DNA of 64,000 bases, taken from an uncultured Chloroflexota bacterium. Its GTDB lineage: Bacteria > Chloroflexota > Dehalococcoidia > Lucifugimonadales > UBA1127. Within the stretch, counting starts at the first letter, position 1, and each line of letters opens with the position of its first letter. The translations under genes and the position numbers were made by a program. The DNA is taken from assembly GCA_913045315.1 (NCBI GenBank), contig CAJWQJ010000004.1, positions 4,348 through 68,347 of the forward strand, in the 5' to 3' direction. Below, piece after piece: positions 29,951-41,200 of the stretch. The notes under the pieces were generated by a model. That model saw nothing but the letters and a program-made list of their open reading frames with translations, searched no databases and was not told the origin of the DNA.

Positions 29951-32179
29951 TTAGATTTCAGCAAGGATTTTATTGAAGGTATTACTTGGGCGCATAGCTT
30001 TATCAGCTAGATCATCATTGAGATGGTAATATCCTCCAACATCCACGGGGCGTCCTTGAGCTTCAATAAATTCTTGTAATATCTTCTCCTCATTAGCACT
30101 CAATTTTTCTGCTACATCGGTAAAGTGTGCCTGAAGATCTGAATCTTGTGTCTGTTTAGATAATGCCTGTGCCCAATAAAGAGCAAGATAGTAATGACTT
30201 CCACGTGTATCTAATTCATTAACCCTTCGGGAGGGTTCTCGCTGATTGTCTAAATGTTCTCCTATAGCTTGATCAAGTGTTAAGGCTATAAGTTTGGCTG
30301 TTTCATTGTTGTGAACTTCACCAAAATGCTCGAAAGAAGCAACTAGAGCACAAAATTCTCCCAGCGAATCCCAGCGTAAATGACCTTCTTCAAGAAATTG
30401 CTCTACATGTCTTGGAGCTGATCCTCCTGCTCCCGTCTCAAATAATCCTCCACCTTCCAGAAGTGGGACAATCGAGAGCATCTTTGCACTGGTTCCAAGT
30501 TCAAGAATTGGAAAAAGGTCAGTTAAATAATCACGTAATACATTACCAGTTACTGAAATAGTATCTTTTCCAGCACGACTACGCTCTAGAGTTTTATTCA
30601 TAGCATCGATAGGAGACAAAGATTCTATTTCTAATCCATCTGTATCGTGTGTTAAAAGAAAAGTATTCACTTTTTTTATCAACTCAGCATCATGAGCTCG
30701 ACTCGGATCAAGCCAAAAAATAGCTGGGGTGCCAGTGGTTTTAGCACGATTAACCGCAAGTTTTACCCAGTCACGAATAGCTGCATCTTTTGTCTGACAC
30801 ATTCGAAATATGTCATTCTCTTCAACCTTTTGTTCCATAAGAACTTCACCTGATTCATTTACAACACGAATAGCTCCTTTTCCTGGAGCCTTGAAAGTTT
30901 TATTGTGGGAGCCATATTCTTCAGCTTGTTGAGCCATTAACCCAACATTAGCAACACTACCAATGACCGAAGGATCAAATGCTCCATGTTTCTGACAATC
31001 TTCTATAACAGTTTGATAAATCGTTGCATACGATCGATCAGGAATCATTGCAATCGTATCATGAAGTTCATTATCTGGGCCCCAAGTTCGACCACCATCT
31101 CTAACTATAACTGGCATAGATGCATCAATAATCACATCACTGGGAACATGAAGGTTTGTGATCCCCCTGTTTGAATTCACCATCGCAAGTTCTGCACGTG
31201 ATTGATAAATATTCTGAATATCTTCTTCAATCTCATTGCGCTTGTTCTCAGGTAATGATTGAATCTTAGTATACAATTCTGCAATTCCATTGTCAGGATT
31301 CACACCTATTTCTTGCAAAAGACTTGAGTGTTTAGACAAAACTTCTTCATAGTAAACCGAAACACAATGACCAAAAATAATTGGGTCTGAAACTCTCATC
31401 ATAGTTGACTTCAAGTGTAAAGAAACTAATAATCCTTCAGCCTTAGCCTTTTCCATTTCACTAATATAAAACTGACGTAAGGATTTAATGCTCATGGCAG
31501 AACAATCTATAATTTCATCCGCCACCAAAGAAATATTATCTTTGAGAACAGTCACTGTTTCATCTTGATCCATGAATTGTATGGAAGCCAATCCGTTGTT
31601 GGTAACTGTAACCGATTGCTCACTTCCAAAAAAATCTCCAGCTGTCATGTGAGCAACACGAGTTTTGGAAACTTCAGGCCAGTTTTGCATCATTCTGTGT
31701 GGATTACGTTTACCATGTTCTTTAACAGCTCTTGCAGAACGTCGATCAGAATTACCCTCTCTAAGAACTGGATTAACCGCACTTCCCAATACTCTGGAAT
31801 ATCGTTGAGAAATTTCACGTTCATTATCATTAGTTGGGTCGTCAGGATAATCAGGGATATCAAATCCTTTTTCCTGCAATTCTTTAATAGCATTTTTTAA
31901 CTGAGGAATAGATGCACTAATATTCGGAAGTTTGATTATATTTGCTTCTTGATCTAAGCATAGATTCCCTGCCATCGTTAGGTAATCGGGAATTTTTTGA
32001 GTTTCACTCAATTTATCTGGGAAATTGGCAATTATTCTACCTGTTAATGATATATCCCATACATTTAAATCTATGCCCGAATTTTTTGTAAATGCCTGAA
32101 GAATCGGAAGTAAAGAGTATGCAGCCAAAGTTGGAGCTTCATCAGTTTTAGTATAAATAATTTCGTGTAATTCAGACAT
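29951..32179 (-). CDS. icd: Isocitrate dehydrogenase (NADP), monomeric type
   Basis: 742-aa length and an N-terminus [20 protein letters not shown] characteristic of monomeric IDH. Confidence 0.85.
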   Translation of the reverse strand: MSELHEIIYTKTDEAPTLAAYSLLPILQAFTKNSGIDLNVWDISLTGRIIANFPDKLSETQKIPDYLTMAGNLCLDQEANIIKLPNISASIPQLKNAIKELQEKGFDIPDYPDDPTNDNEREISQRYSRVLGSAVNPVLREGNSDRRSARAVKEHGKRNPHRMMQNWPEVSKTRVAHMTAGDFFGSEQSVTVTNNGLASIQFMDQDETVTVLKDNISLVADEIIDCSAMSIKSLRQFYISEMEKAKAEGLLVSLHLKSTMMRVSDPIIFGHCVSVYYEEVLSKHSSLLQEIGVNPDNGIAELYTKIQSLPENKRNEIEEDIQNIYQSRAELAMVNSNRGITNLHVPSDVIIDASMPVIVRDGGRTWGPDNELHDTIAMIPDRSYATIYQTVIEDCQKHGAFDPSVIGSVANVGLMAQQAEEYGSHNKTFKAPGKGAIRVVNESGEVLMEQKVEENDIFRMCQTKDAAIRDWVKLAVNRAKTTGTPAIFWLDPSRAHDAELIKKVNTFLLTHDTDGLEIESLSPIDAMNKTLERSRAGKDTISVTGNVLRDYLTDLFPILELGTSAKMLSIVPLLEGGGLFETGAGGSAPRHVEQFLEEGHLRWDSLGEFCALVASFEHFGEVHNNETAKLIALTLDQAIGEHLDNQREPSRRVNELDTRGSHYYLALYWAQALSKQTQDSDLQAHFTDVAEKLSANEEKILQEFIEAQGRPVDVGGYYHLNDDLADKAMRPSNTFNKILAEI

Positions 32180-32758
32180 ATACTTCTCCTAAATCTTACT
32201 CTCTATAGAAACTCCATGTGATTAATCTCATTACTTAATGATCTCGATACGGGAGATAATAATTGAGTCTATGTAGTAGTGCAACTAAAGTCTTACAAAA
32301 ATAAATTTTGTAGTAAGATATTTCTCCTTGGCAGGCAAATACTTCTTATTTCGTTAAATTCGCAGTTTATCTGTTCATTGTTAAAACCATATGTTTTCTG
32401 GTTGCTGTAAAACTGCTGGAATAATTCTCACCTATTTGAAGTTCATGATAATATGAACCCTCTTCAGAGCATGGGTGCATGCATATCTTGCGAACAAAAC
32501 CGTAGAGGCCAATCTACTTGAAACATTTTATCCAAATTTGAATTCTTTATGCTGGGAAGGTTCATTTAAAAAGGCCTATGGTGTTTCATCTGAAGAATTT
32601 CTTGCTGAATTAGAACAATTTATAAAATTAGATATTGAAGAACAAATGGACATACTTCCGAAACCCTGATTTCAACCCTAAAATTAAAGAATGAACAACT
32701 AGGCAAAACTACAAACCTTCAATAGCCAAAAAAATAGTTTATTGGTGCCTAGTTTTAG

Positions 32759-32834
32759 TGGTGGAGCTGAGGAGGCTCGAACTCCTGACCCCCTGCTTGC
32801 AAAGCAGGTGCTCTCCCAACTGAGCTACAGCCCC
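32759..32834 (-). tRNA. tRNA-Ala (anticodon UGC), CCA encoded
   Basis: The reverse complement GGGGCTGTAGCTCAGTTGGGAGAGCACCTGCTTTGCAAGCAGGGGGTCAGGAGTTCGAGCCTCCTCAGCTCCACCA folds as a cloverleaf. The anticodon loop is TTTGCAA and the G3:U70 alanine identity pair is present. Confidence 0.95.
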
Positions 32835-33013
32835 ATAAGTAACAATTGTTTTATTATAACAGAAAAATTAACTTATCATATAATGATTACCTTGAAGTAA
32901 TAAATATAAACATTTATCAATACACATGATGACTTAGTTGAATAGGAATGTTATAATCGCGTATTGTGAAAATTTAATTTTACGAATAACTGTAAATTAA
33001 TTAGGATTCAACG

Positions 33014-33151
33014 ATGCCTAAAAGAACATATCAACCAAAAAACAGAAGAAGACAGCGCCGACATGGTTTTCGACACAGAATGTCAACTCGTGGGGGAAGA
33101 GCTGTATTGAGTAGACGTCGAACTCGTGGTCGCGAACGACTATCAGTATAA
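33014..33151 (+). CDS. rpmH: 50S ribosomal protein L34
   Basis: Too short for the ORF track. My translation is [45 protein letters not shown]. Confidence 0.9.
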   Translation: MPKRTYQPKNRRRQRRHGFRHRMSTRGGRAVLSRRRTRGRERLSV

Positions 33152-33190
33152 TTCTAAAGAATTGTCACATATTATTAATAATTTAAAAGA

Positions 33191-33529
33191 ATGCTTCAAA
33201 AAAATTTACGATTAAAGAAATCCAAAGATTTTTTGATTGTTGCCAGAAGTGGTAAATATTTCAAGTCACGTTCTATCGTCTTAAGATTAAGACCAAATAA
33301 ATTGGGTGGCATGCGATTCGGATTTGTTGTAAGTCGAATCATTGGTGGAGCAGTTACAAGGAATAAGGTCAAGAGAAGATTGAGGCACATTGTACGGGAA
33401 ATCCAAATTGAAGATAATTGGGATATCGTAATTTCTGCTCGCCGAAATTCTAAATTCATAAATTTTGCTAAATTGAAAATTGAAACTAAAGAACTACTAG
33501 CAAATGCAGGAGTTCTTAAGGATGAATAA
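33191..33529 (+). CDS. rnpA: Ribonuclease P protein component
   Basis: Basic 112-aa protein, LKKSKDF...[23 protein letters not shown], directly downstream of rpmH. Confidence 0.85.
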   Translation: MLQKNLRLKKSKDFLIVARSGKYFKSRSIVLRLRPNKLGGMRFGFVVSRIIGGAVTRNKVKRRLRHIVREIQIEDNWDIVISARRNSKFINFAKLKIETKELLANAGVLKDE

Positions 33530-33755
33530 AAGACGACAGGCTACTATGTTGAAGTTGGTATTGATCACAGTTAAATTCTACCAAAAAGTAATTTCACCAT
33601 ACTTGCCTGTTACTTGCCGATACACGCCAACATGTTCTGAATATTTTTATGATGCCACTTCAAAAAAAGGCATACTAAAAGGCTCATTACTTGGTTTAAA
33701 AAGACTTGTTAAATGTAACCCTTTAGGAGGCAGTGGATTTGATCCAGTTCCTTAA
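33522..33755 (+). CDS. yidD: Membrane protein insertion efficiency factor YidD
   Basis: [22 protein letters not shown]...[13 protein letters not shown]. The start is ambiguous among 33504, 33522 and 33546. Confidence 0.8.
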   Translation: MNKRRQATMLKLVLITVKFYQKVISPYLPVTCRYTPTCSEYFYDATSKKGILKGSLLGLKRLVKCNPLGGSGFDPVP

Positions 33756-34839
33756 AAGAATAATTAAATACATCACTAGTACTACTGTTTTAGTTGTGTT
33801 GGCACTGCTATTAACAGGATGTGGAACTAATAGATTTGAACCTCACGGATGGTCTGGTATAACACTTGATAATAATAAGATTTTCATAGGTTCTGGAGAT
33901 GGCCAATTGATTATTCTCGGAGCTGAAGGTGGAAATTTAATACAGACACACCCACAAAACAAAGAGAATTTACACCCCATCTATAGCGCACCTTTACTTT
34001 CAAACAATGGGAAAACAATCTTTTACGGAACTTATAGTAAAAACGATGGTGGGACAATATATTCTCTTCAGTCTGGAACACTTTCTCCAAATTGGACCAA
34101 AACGTTTCCTGGATCGATTGTAGGACAGCCAGTTTTAGGAAATAATTTATTAATTGTAAGTTCGTCAGATGGAAAACTTTATGCTATGGAACCTGAAACA
34201 GGAACTCCAAAATGGGTATTCCAAAGTGATGGGAAATTATGGTCTTCTGCAGCTTTATCAGAGGAAAATTCTGTTTTCATCGGTTCATTAAACAAAAAGT
34301 TTTATGCTATCAACTTGGAAAACGGTGCAAAGCTATGGGAGTTTGAAACTGATGGTGCAATTGTAGGAACTCCATTAGTAAATGATTCAACCGTATATTT
34401 CGGAACTCTAAATAAAACAATCCATGCACTGGATACCAAAACAGGATCTGAAAAATGGTCTAGAATTGGAGATCACTGGTATTGGGCACCCCTATCACTA
34501 GATAATAATGTTTTATATGCGGGTTCTATGGGCGGAACAGTATCGGCATTAAATTTAAATACTGGCTTACCTTTATGGGAAGCAAATGTTAATGGAGCAA
34601 TACTCGCACCAATGCTGACCCTAGAATCTTTAATTGTAATTGCTACAGATGAGGGGCAAGTTACAGTATTACGAAAAGATTCAGGTCTTCAAACATGGGA
34701 TTTCCCTGCGGGGGATTCCATAAGAGCCAAAATGGCTAATCAAGGAAGTCGCATATATCTTATCACTACTGAGGGTGAGATAAAGTCATTAGACGCTGAA
34801 CGTGGAACATCTTTATGGTCACGCCAACGAGAAGATTAA
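33733..34839 (+). CDS. PQQ-like (BamB-like) beta-propeller repeat lipoprotein
   Basis: Signal peptide with lipobox LLLTGC. Repeated motifs are [59 protein letters not shown] and [14 protein letters not shown]. The start (GTG 33733 or TTG 33739) overlaps the yidD 3' end. Confidence 0.75.
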   Translation: MDLIQFLKRIIKYITSTTVLVVLALLLTGCGTNRFEPHGWSGITLDNNKIFIGSGDGQLIILGAEGGNLIQTHPQNKENLHPIYSAPLLSNNGKTIFYGTYSKNDGGTIYSLQSGTLSPNWTKTFPGSIVGQPVLGNNLLIVSSSDGKLYAMEPETGTPKWVFQSDGKLWSSAALSEENSVFIGSLNKKFYAINLENGAKLWEFETDGAIVGTPLVNDSTVYFGTLNKTIHALDTKTGSEKWSRIGDHWYWAPLSLDNNVLYAGSMGGTVSALNLNTGLPLWEANVNGAILAPMLTLESLIVIATDEGQVTVLRKDSGLQTWDFPAGDSIRAKMANQGSRIYLITTEGEIKSLDAERGTSLWSRQRED

Positions 34840-34853
34840 TAAGAAGATAATAA

Positions 34854-35771
34854 ATGGAAATTTTTGGGATAATATGGAATGAGGGATTAATAAGACCAAT
34901 GACCAATGGTCTTATTATCCTCTACTTGTCTTTGTTTAATAACTTTGGATTAGCAATAATTACTTTTACAGTTATTATAAGGATTCTTACTATCCCTCTT
35001 ACCTTAAAGCAACTACGGTCAAGTAAAGCTATGGCAGCAGTACAACCAAAAGTTCTCGCTCTACAAAAAAAGCATGGGAACGATAGACAAAAAATCTCAC
35101 AAGAGACATTCAAATTATATAGGGAATCTGGAGTTAATCCATTAGGATGCCTTGGACCAATGGTTGTTCAAATGCCAATATGGATAGGTTTGTATTGGTC
35201 ATTAATAAGAGCTCTTCCTTCAAATCCCGAATCTCTTGCTGGATTAGCAGAAGTGCTTTATTCAAACATTAATTTTGTACACTCAGCAATACCAATACAA
35301 AGTGGCTTCCTATGGTTAGATCTTGCCAAACCAGATAGCACGCCTATATTACCTCTTTGCGTAGGAATTTCAATGTGGATACAGCAAAAAATGATGACGT
35401 ATCCTAGCTCAGACCCAAAACAAAGACAAACCAACCAAATAATGTTATGGATGATGCCAGTAATGTTTGTCTTTTTTACGTTTCAATTCCCTAGTGGATT
35501 AGCTTTGTATTGGGTCGTAACTAATATTATTGGAATAGTAATTCAATATTTTGTAACAGGATGGGGAAATCTCCTTGGTAGAAATGCACCTAATACACCT
35601 GAAACACCTGAAAATGACACCTCCTCTACTCAAGTTACAAATTCAAAGGAGACTTCAAGTGAAACAGAACCCGAAGATGAATCAAAACCGAGAAACCGTA
35701 GAAACGACAGGCCGGTCCGTAGAAGAGGCAATAGAGGTCGGCCTAATACAACTAGACGCAAGCAGAAATGA
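34854..35771 (+). CDS. yidC: Membrane protein insertase YidC (short, monoderm type) with a long basic C-terminal tail
   Basis: AIITFTVIIRILTIPLTLKQ...MQ...LQP...PSGLALYWVVTNI. The tail is KPRNRRNDRPVRRRGNRGRPNTTRRKQK. Confidence 0.85.
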   Translation: MEIFGIIWNEGLIRPMTNGLIILYLSLFNNFGLAIITFTVIIRILTIPLTLKQLRSSKAMAAVQPKVLALQKKHGNDRQKISQETFKLYRESGVNPLGCLGPMVVQMPIWIGLYWSLIRALPSNPESLAGLAEVLYSNINFVHSAIPIQSGFLWLDLAKPDSTPILPLCVGISMWIQQKMMTYPSSDPKQRQTNQIMLWMMPVMFVFFTFQFPSGLALYWVVTNIIGIVIQYFVTGWGNLLGRNAPNTPETPENDTSSTQVTNSKETSSETEPEDESKPRNRRNDRPVRRRGNRGRPNTTRRKQK

Positions 35772-36345
35772 GGTTGAAGTTGAAATTCTTGATCTAGGTA
35801 AAACTGGATTCCTTGGCTTTGGAAGCGCTGAAGCAAAGGTTCGTGTTTCACGATTATCTGAAAATGCTTCGAATAGAAAAGGCAAACAGATCTTAGACAA
35901 TATTTTAAAAATGCTTGAGGTTGAAGCAGACACCACTGTTATATCTAATCGAAATAATGGTCCAGATAGTTCATTAATTGAAATAAATGGGGAAGATTCA
36001 GGACTACTTATTGGAAGACATGGAACTACTCTTAGAAGTCTACAGTTCATTGTCAATGCGATAATAAGTCGTAGTGAAGGAGACAGAATTCTTATAGATG
36101 TAGAAGAATATCGACAACGAAGAAACAGAATTCTGGAAAATCTAGCTACAAGAGTTGCAAGCCGCGTGGCAAATTCTGGTCGTCCGATTACACTTGAACC
36201 CATGCCTGCAAATGAAAGAAGAATTATTCATCTCACTTTAGCTAATCATGGAAAGGTTAGTACAAGTAGCACTGGAATTAACCAAGAAAGAAAAGTGGTT
36301 ATTACACCTACTTCTAATCAAAGAAGTAGTGGGAATCAACGATAA
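35677..36345 (+). CDS. jag: Jag/KhpB-like RNA-binding protein (Jag_N + KH + R3H)
   Basis: VETTGRSVEEAIEVGLIQLDASRNEVEVEIL is a Jag N-domain. IGRHGTTLRSLQ is the KH GxxG motif. LEPMPANERRIIHLTL is the R3H motif. I chose the ATG at 35677; the ORF-track start at 35575 would add a non-homologous 34-aa extension. Confidence 0.75.
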   Translation: MNQNRETVETTGRSVEEAIEVGLIQLDASRNEVEVEILDLGKTGFLGFGSAEAKVRVSRLSENASNRKGKQILDNILKMLEVEADTTVISNRNNGPDSSLIEINGEDSGLLIGRHGTTLRSLQFIVNAIISRSEGDRILIDVEEYRQRRNRILENLATRVASRVANSGRPITLEPMPANERRIIHLTLANHGKVSTSSTGINQERKVVITPTSNQRSSGNQR

Positions 36346-36363
36346 TTTCTATCAGGGGAAAAA

Positions 36364-37185
36364 TTGAACGAAAAGATTCAAAAAATTAATCTACCAAAAT
36401 TATTCTCTAATCAGCTTATTGGTATAGTTCCTCCTATATTATTAGTTTCCGGATTCTTGACAAGTTGGGTATGGAATTCCAATCAATTACCATTACTACT
36501 CAACTTTCCTCCCACATACTTATTTTTTAATTTTATAATTTTTGTTGGAACATTATACCACTTAAAAAATTCAGGTCTTACTGTTTTTTCCTACTCGTGG
36601 ATAGTTTTTTCACTGTATGGAATAGCATCAATGAGCGAAATTTATGTAATTAGAATTCTGACCATGAACAATGCGTTATTATCTGAAAGAAATTCAGTTT
36701 CTATAATAATTGAATTAAATAGCCTTCTATGGATTTTAATTGCAATCGGAATTGCAACATACATAGTAAAAAGGAATTTTTACCATCTAATCTTTTTTAT
36801 GGGATTGTTTTCTGCAGCAAGTGTTCCTGGTTTCCCAATGATAGTTGGAGAAAACCTACCAGATAACGCAACAATTGCAACATCGATTTGTGCTGTAATG
36901 GCTATCCTGGGAACCGGATCATTATCAATTATTATTTTAAAAGCATCTAACATAACAAACAAAATAGCTGGCAGTTGGAAAATTATAGTGTTTTTGTTTT
37001 TCTTAATATTATTCAATCCAATACTAAAATTATTACCAATTTTACTTCTAACGACTGATATACCTATCTTTACACTAGATATATGGCTGCAAATAATTGA
37101 TGAGCAACTTCATAGTATATGGCCTATTGGAGCTGCAATAATATCAGGTGGAGTTTACCTTGCAACAAGACCCCAACGAGGTTAG
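36364..37185 (+). CDS. Hypothetical polytopic membrane protein
   Basis: 273-aa ORF with about 8 hydrophobic segments and a TTG start. No family recognised. Confidence 0.55.
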   Translation: MNEKIQKINLPKLFSNQLIGIVPPILLVSGFLTSWVWNSNQLPLLLNFPPTYLFFNFIIFVGTLYHLKNSGLTVFSYSWIVFSLYGIASMSEIYVIRILTMNNALLSERNSVSIIIELNSLLWILIAIGIATYIVKRNFYHLIFFMGLFSAASVPGFPMIVGENLPDNATIATSICAVMAILGTGSLSIIILKASNITNKIAGSWKIIVFLFFLILFNPILKLLPILLLTTDIPIFTLDIWLQIIDEQLHSIWPIGAAIISGGVYLATRPQRG

Positions 37186-37319
37186 GATTCATTTGGTGGA
37201 TGTTATGTAGGGAAAGATTCAAGTTCGAGACGCAAAGTATTCAAAGTATAAATCCATGCACCTCAACCAAATAAAAATATTCGAGTTTTTGGAACATAAA
37301 ATTTATTAAGAGTTAGCAT

Positions 37320-38237
37320 ATGAAAGTTATAGTAACTGGTGGCGCAGGCTTTATTGGTTCGCATATCGTTGACACCCTAATACATGCTGGACATGAAGTT
37401 TCAATCATTGACAACCTTTCTACGGGTAAAAAAACTAATATAAATCCAAATGCAAATTTCTATGAAACAGATATCCGGGATCTGGAGAATCTGAAAAAAA
37501 TATTTGCAAAAGTAAAACCTGACGTAATAAATCATCAAGCTGCTCATGCTATAGTTAACGCCTCCATAAATGATCCTACTCATGATGCAGATATAAATGT
37601 TATCGGATCAATAAACCTCCTTCAAATGTGTAAGGAATTTAGTGTAAAAAAATTTATATTTGCATCTAGTGGTGGTGCTATATATGGTCATCCTCAATCA
37701 AATTTATGCAAAGAAAACCACCCAATTCAACCGCTTTCACCGTACGGTGCAGCAAAAGCTTCCATAGAAATCTACGCAAAAGTTTTTCATCAGACATATG
37801 ACATAGAATTTATTGGGTTAAGATATGGAAATGTTTTTGGACCTCGGCAAGATCCTTATGGGGAAGCTGGTGTTGTGGCTATTTTTATACAAAAAATGCT
37901 ACGAAATCAATCATGCATTATCTATGGATCTGGGGAACAAGAAAGAGATTTTGTATATGTTGAAGATGTTGCAAAAGCAAGTTTATTGTCCCTAGAAAAC
38001 CATCCATCTGAGTATTACAATATCGGCACCGGATTAGGGACCAATGTAAATGATATTTTCGGTAAACTAAAAGAACTCACTAATTATAATGGAAAAGCAA
38101 TTTATGAAACTGAAAGAGAAGGTGAGGTATATAAAATTGCCTTAGATTCTTCAAAAGCATTCAGCATACTCGGCTGGAAACACAAAACTACAATAGATAA
38201 TGGATTACAAGCTACTGTAGAATACATGAAACTTTAA
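37320..38237 (+). CDS. NAD-dependent epimerase/dehydratase (GalE-like SDR)
   Basis: VTGGAGFIGSH Rossmann motif and the YGAAK catalytic YxxxK. Confidence 0.8.
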   Translation: MKVIVTGGAGFIGSHIVDTLIHAGHEVSIIDNLSTGKKTNINPNANFYETDIRDLENLKKIFAKVKPDVINHQAAHAIVNASINDPTHDADINVIGSINLLQMCKEFSVKKFIFASSGGAIYGHPQSNLCKENHPIQPLSPYGAAKASIEIYAKVFHQTYDIEFIGLRYGNVFGPRQDPYGEAGVVAIFIQKMLRNQSCIIYGSGEQERDFVYVEDVAKASLLSLENHPSEYYNIGTGLGTNVNDIFGKLKELTNYNGKAIYETEREGEVYKIALDSSKAFSILGWKHKTTIDNGLQATVEYMKL

Positions 38238-41200
38238 TCATTATTTTCATTTTCGGATATTTCTAAGAGATTTAGTGCTCGTTGATGGGTTTCCAGAACA
38301 GTTTTTAAAACATCGATAAGATTTTGCTGCCACCCTATCGACTCATTAACTCTTATGGAATTTCTTCTTATCACACCTAAATGGCCTAAGGAATCCTCAA
38401 GAATTGCACCATAACTATTAATAGAGTATTTAAACCTAATAACAATCGAACCGTATTCTGAAACAATAGATTTTACTCCTATTCTAGAAGCCATTATTTT
38501 TACTCTCAATACATAAAAAATATTAAAAATTGACTGAGGAAGTTCGCCAAAACGATCACTCATTTCATTTTGTATAATTAGAATTTCCTCTTCATCGGTG
38601 AGAGTTGATAAACGTTTATAAAACATTAATCGTTCAGACAATTCTGGAATATAATCAATTGGAATATGTGCATCTAAAGAAATAGTAACTTTTATATCCG
38701 CAATTTGCACAAAATGATAATCCTTAGGTTGATCAGTATCATTTAATTCATCTATGGACTCCTGAAGTAGTTGAGTATACAAATCAAAACCTATTGAATG
38801 CATATGCCCACTCTGTTCTGAACCTAATATATTACCTGCTCCACGAATTTCTAGATCCTTCATCGCTATCCTAAATCCAGAGCCCAATTCTTGATAGGAT
38901 TTCATAGCAAGTAAACGTTTCTCAGCACTTTCTGATAAAATCTTGTTGATTTGGACCAGAAGGTAAGCATATCCATTTCTGTCTCCTCTACCAACCCTTC
39001 CTCTAAGTTGATAGAGTTGGGCAAGCCCAAGTAATTCAGGACGATTTATAATTATAGTATTTGCATTAGGGATATCTATACCAGCTTCTATTATAGTAGT
39101 GGAAATAAGTACATTTTTTTCACCACTAATAAACTGCTCCATAACCCTTTCAAGTTCTTTTTCATCTAGACGACTGTGAGCAACACACACTCTTGATTCT
39201 GGAATTATTTTTTTGATATGATTCGCCCATGAATGTATGTCTGAAATCCTATTATGGAGAAAAAAAACTTGTCCTTTTCTAGTTAACTCCTTCGAAATGA
39301 CCTCACGAATAAGGTCATCACTATACTCCAAAACATGAGTTTCCACCGCTTGTCGATCCTCTGGAGGAGTATGAACAGTAACCATATCTAAAGCACCAGT
39401 TAACGCCATGGATAATGTTCGGGGGATTGGAGTTGCAGTTAATGTCAGAACATCAACATTTTCATGATATCTTTTAAGCCATTCCTTGTGCATAACTCCA
39501 AATCTTTGTTCATCATCAACTATAACCAGCCCTAAATCTTTAAAAACAGTATCTCTTTGTAGTAACTTATGAGTTCCAATCAATATGTCGATCTGTCCAC
39601 TTGCTAATTGTTCTTGTATTCTTTTTTGTTCAATATCATTACTAAAACGACTCAAAACTTCTATTTTTAATGGAAATAAATTAAATCTTTCCATAAAGGT
39701 TCTAAAATGTTGTTGGGCTAAAAGAGTAGTTGGGCAAAGTAAAGCTACTTGCTTACCATCCTGCACAGCTTTAAAAGCAACGCGCATTGCAATCTCAGTT
39801 TTTCCATAGCCCACATCACCACATACAAGATAATTCATTGGATGCGGACTCTCCATAGAGTACTTAATAACATCGACCGCATCTTTTTGATCTCTAGTGG
39901 GAGTGTACATGAACGCATCTTCAAATTCACTTTGCCACACTGTATCTGAAGAAAACTGATAACCAGGCAATATTTGCCGAGATGCATATAATTTTATCAA
40001 TGATTGAGCAATTTCCTTTGCAGCTTTTGCAGCTCGTTCTTTAGTACGTTTCCATTCTTGGGTTCCAAGTCTAGAAAGAGAAGGTTTCGAGCCTTTAGGT
40101 GCAACATATGAGCTTAACTTTCCAGCTTGATCCATTGGAACATAAAGACGATCTCCAGCTGCATATTCAATACTTATATATTCCCGAGTACCAATATTAG
40201 AATCTATAATTTCAACACCTACAAAACGTCCAATACCGTGGTCTGAATGAACTATGAGACTATTAGGAGTGAGATCTGCAGATAAAGAAAATTTTGGTGA
40301 TTTGGTTCTCTTACGAACATTCTTTTTTGAATAACCAAAAATTTCTTTATCTGTAAGTATATGAGTTGTTTTTAAGCGAGAATAGACTGAAAAACCCTCT
40401 CGTAATGGAAATTGAAGAATTACGACCTCACCAATTTCTGGTAAAGAGTCACCTTCAGGATACAAATTTATTTCATTATCTGAAGAAATTAAAATATCTC
40501 GAATTCGATCAGGAAATGAAGAACATATTATTACACTTTCTTTACGTTGTTTAATTGCTTTTATATCCTCAATAAATTTATCAATCTGACCTAAATAAGT
40601 TGGAGAAAAATTAACAATAGAAGAATTATCGGGAACAGTTTCAATAGGATATGAATCAGAGTTAATTAACAAATTTTTCTTCAACAATTTATCATAAACT
40701 TCCTCCCAATCCATTACTGGCGAAGGCATATCGATCTTACATTTGCTATCATTGTCATTCGAATGAGAAACCACATCATAATTTATTTTTGATTCATCAA
40801 CTTGAGTTTCGTTAAATTCATCAAAAAGAAATATGTTGTTTTTGGGTAAATAGTCAATAAGCATCCCTGAATCAAAAAAACCTGCAAAAGGTTCTAAATT
40901 TTCTATAGGTAACAATTCTCTGATGGGAAGGAAATTCTCAATTATACGAGAATGTTTATTACAAAGGTTATAATGTTCTGATTCAGATATAAATTGCTTG
41001 GCTTTTTCGAAATTAAAAAGTGAACTTGGGTATTCACTCGAAGGAGAAATCACCACTTCATTTATTGTACTAATGGATAATTGAGTTTCAGGATCAAATA
41101 CTCGAATATTTTCTAGTTTGTTTCCTAAAAAGTCCAATCTCACCGGGTGTTCAGAATTTATGGGATAGATATCTATTAAACCACCTCGACTACTAATATC

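Noticed and set aside
32475-32669. Isolated 64-aa ORF (GTG start) between icd and tRNA-Ala
   Set aside because: No SD and no recognisable family, though the codon composition is not obviously non-coding. It could be a gene fragment, but I cannot support it as a feature.
32670-33013. tRNA-Ala as an integration hotspot or genomic-island border
   Set aside because: There is no integrase, no direct repeat of the tRNA 3' end, and no atypical gene content on either side (icd on one side, rpmH-rnpA on the other).
35575-35676. ORF-track start of the jag ORF at 35575
   Set aside because: The extra 34 residues (MVEMHLIHLKHLK...) are an out-of-frame reading of the yidC tail region and have no counterpart in Jag proteins. 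The conserved Jag N-domain begins right after the ATG at 35677.
35682-36203. 173-aa minus-strand ORF antisense to jag, and 51762-52202, 51341-51640 and 51002-51238 antisense to the acyl-CoA genes
   Set aside because: The sense strands encode proteins with clear family motifs (KH/R3H, the AMP-binding motif, crotonase motifs). The antisense products are Ser/Arg/Leu-rich and have no motifs.
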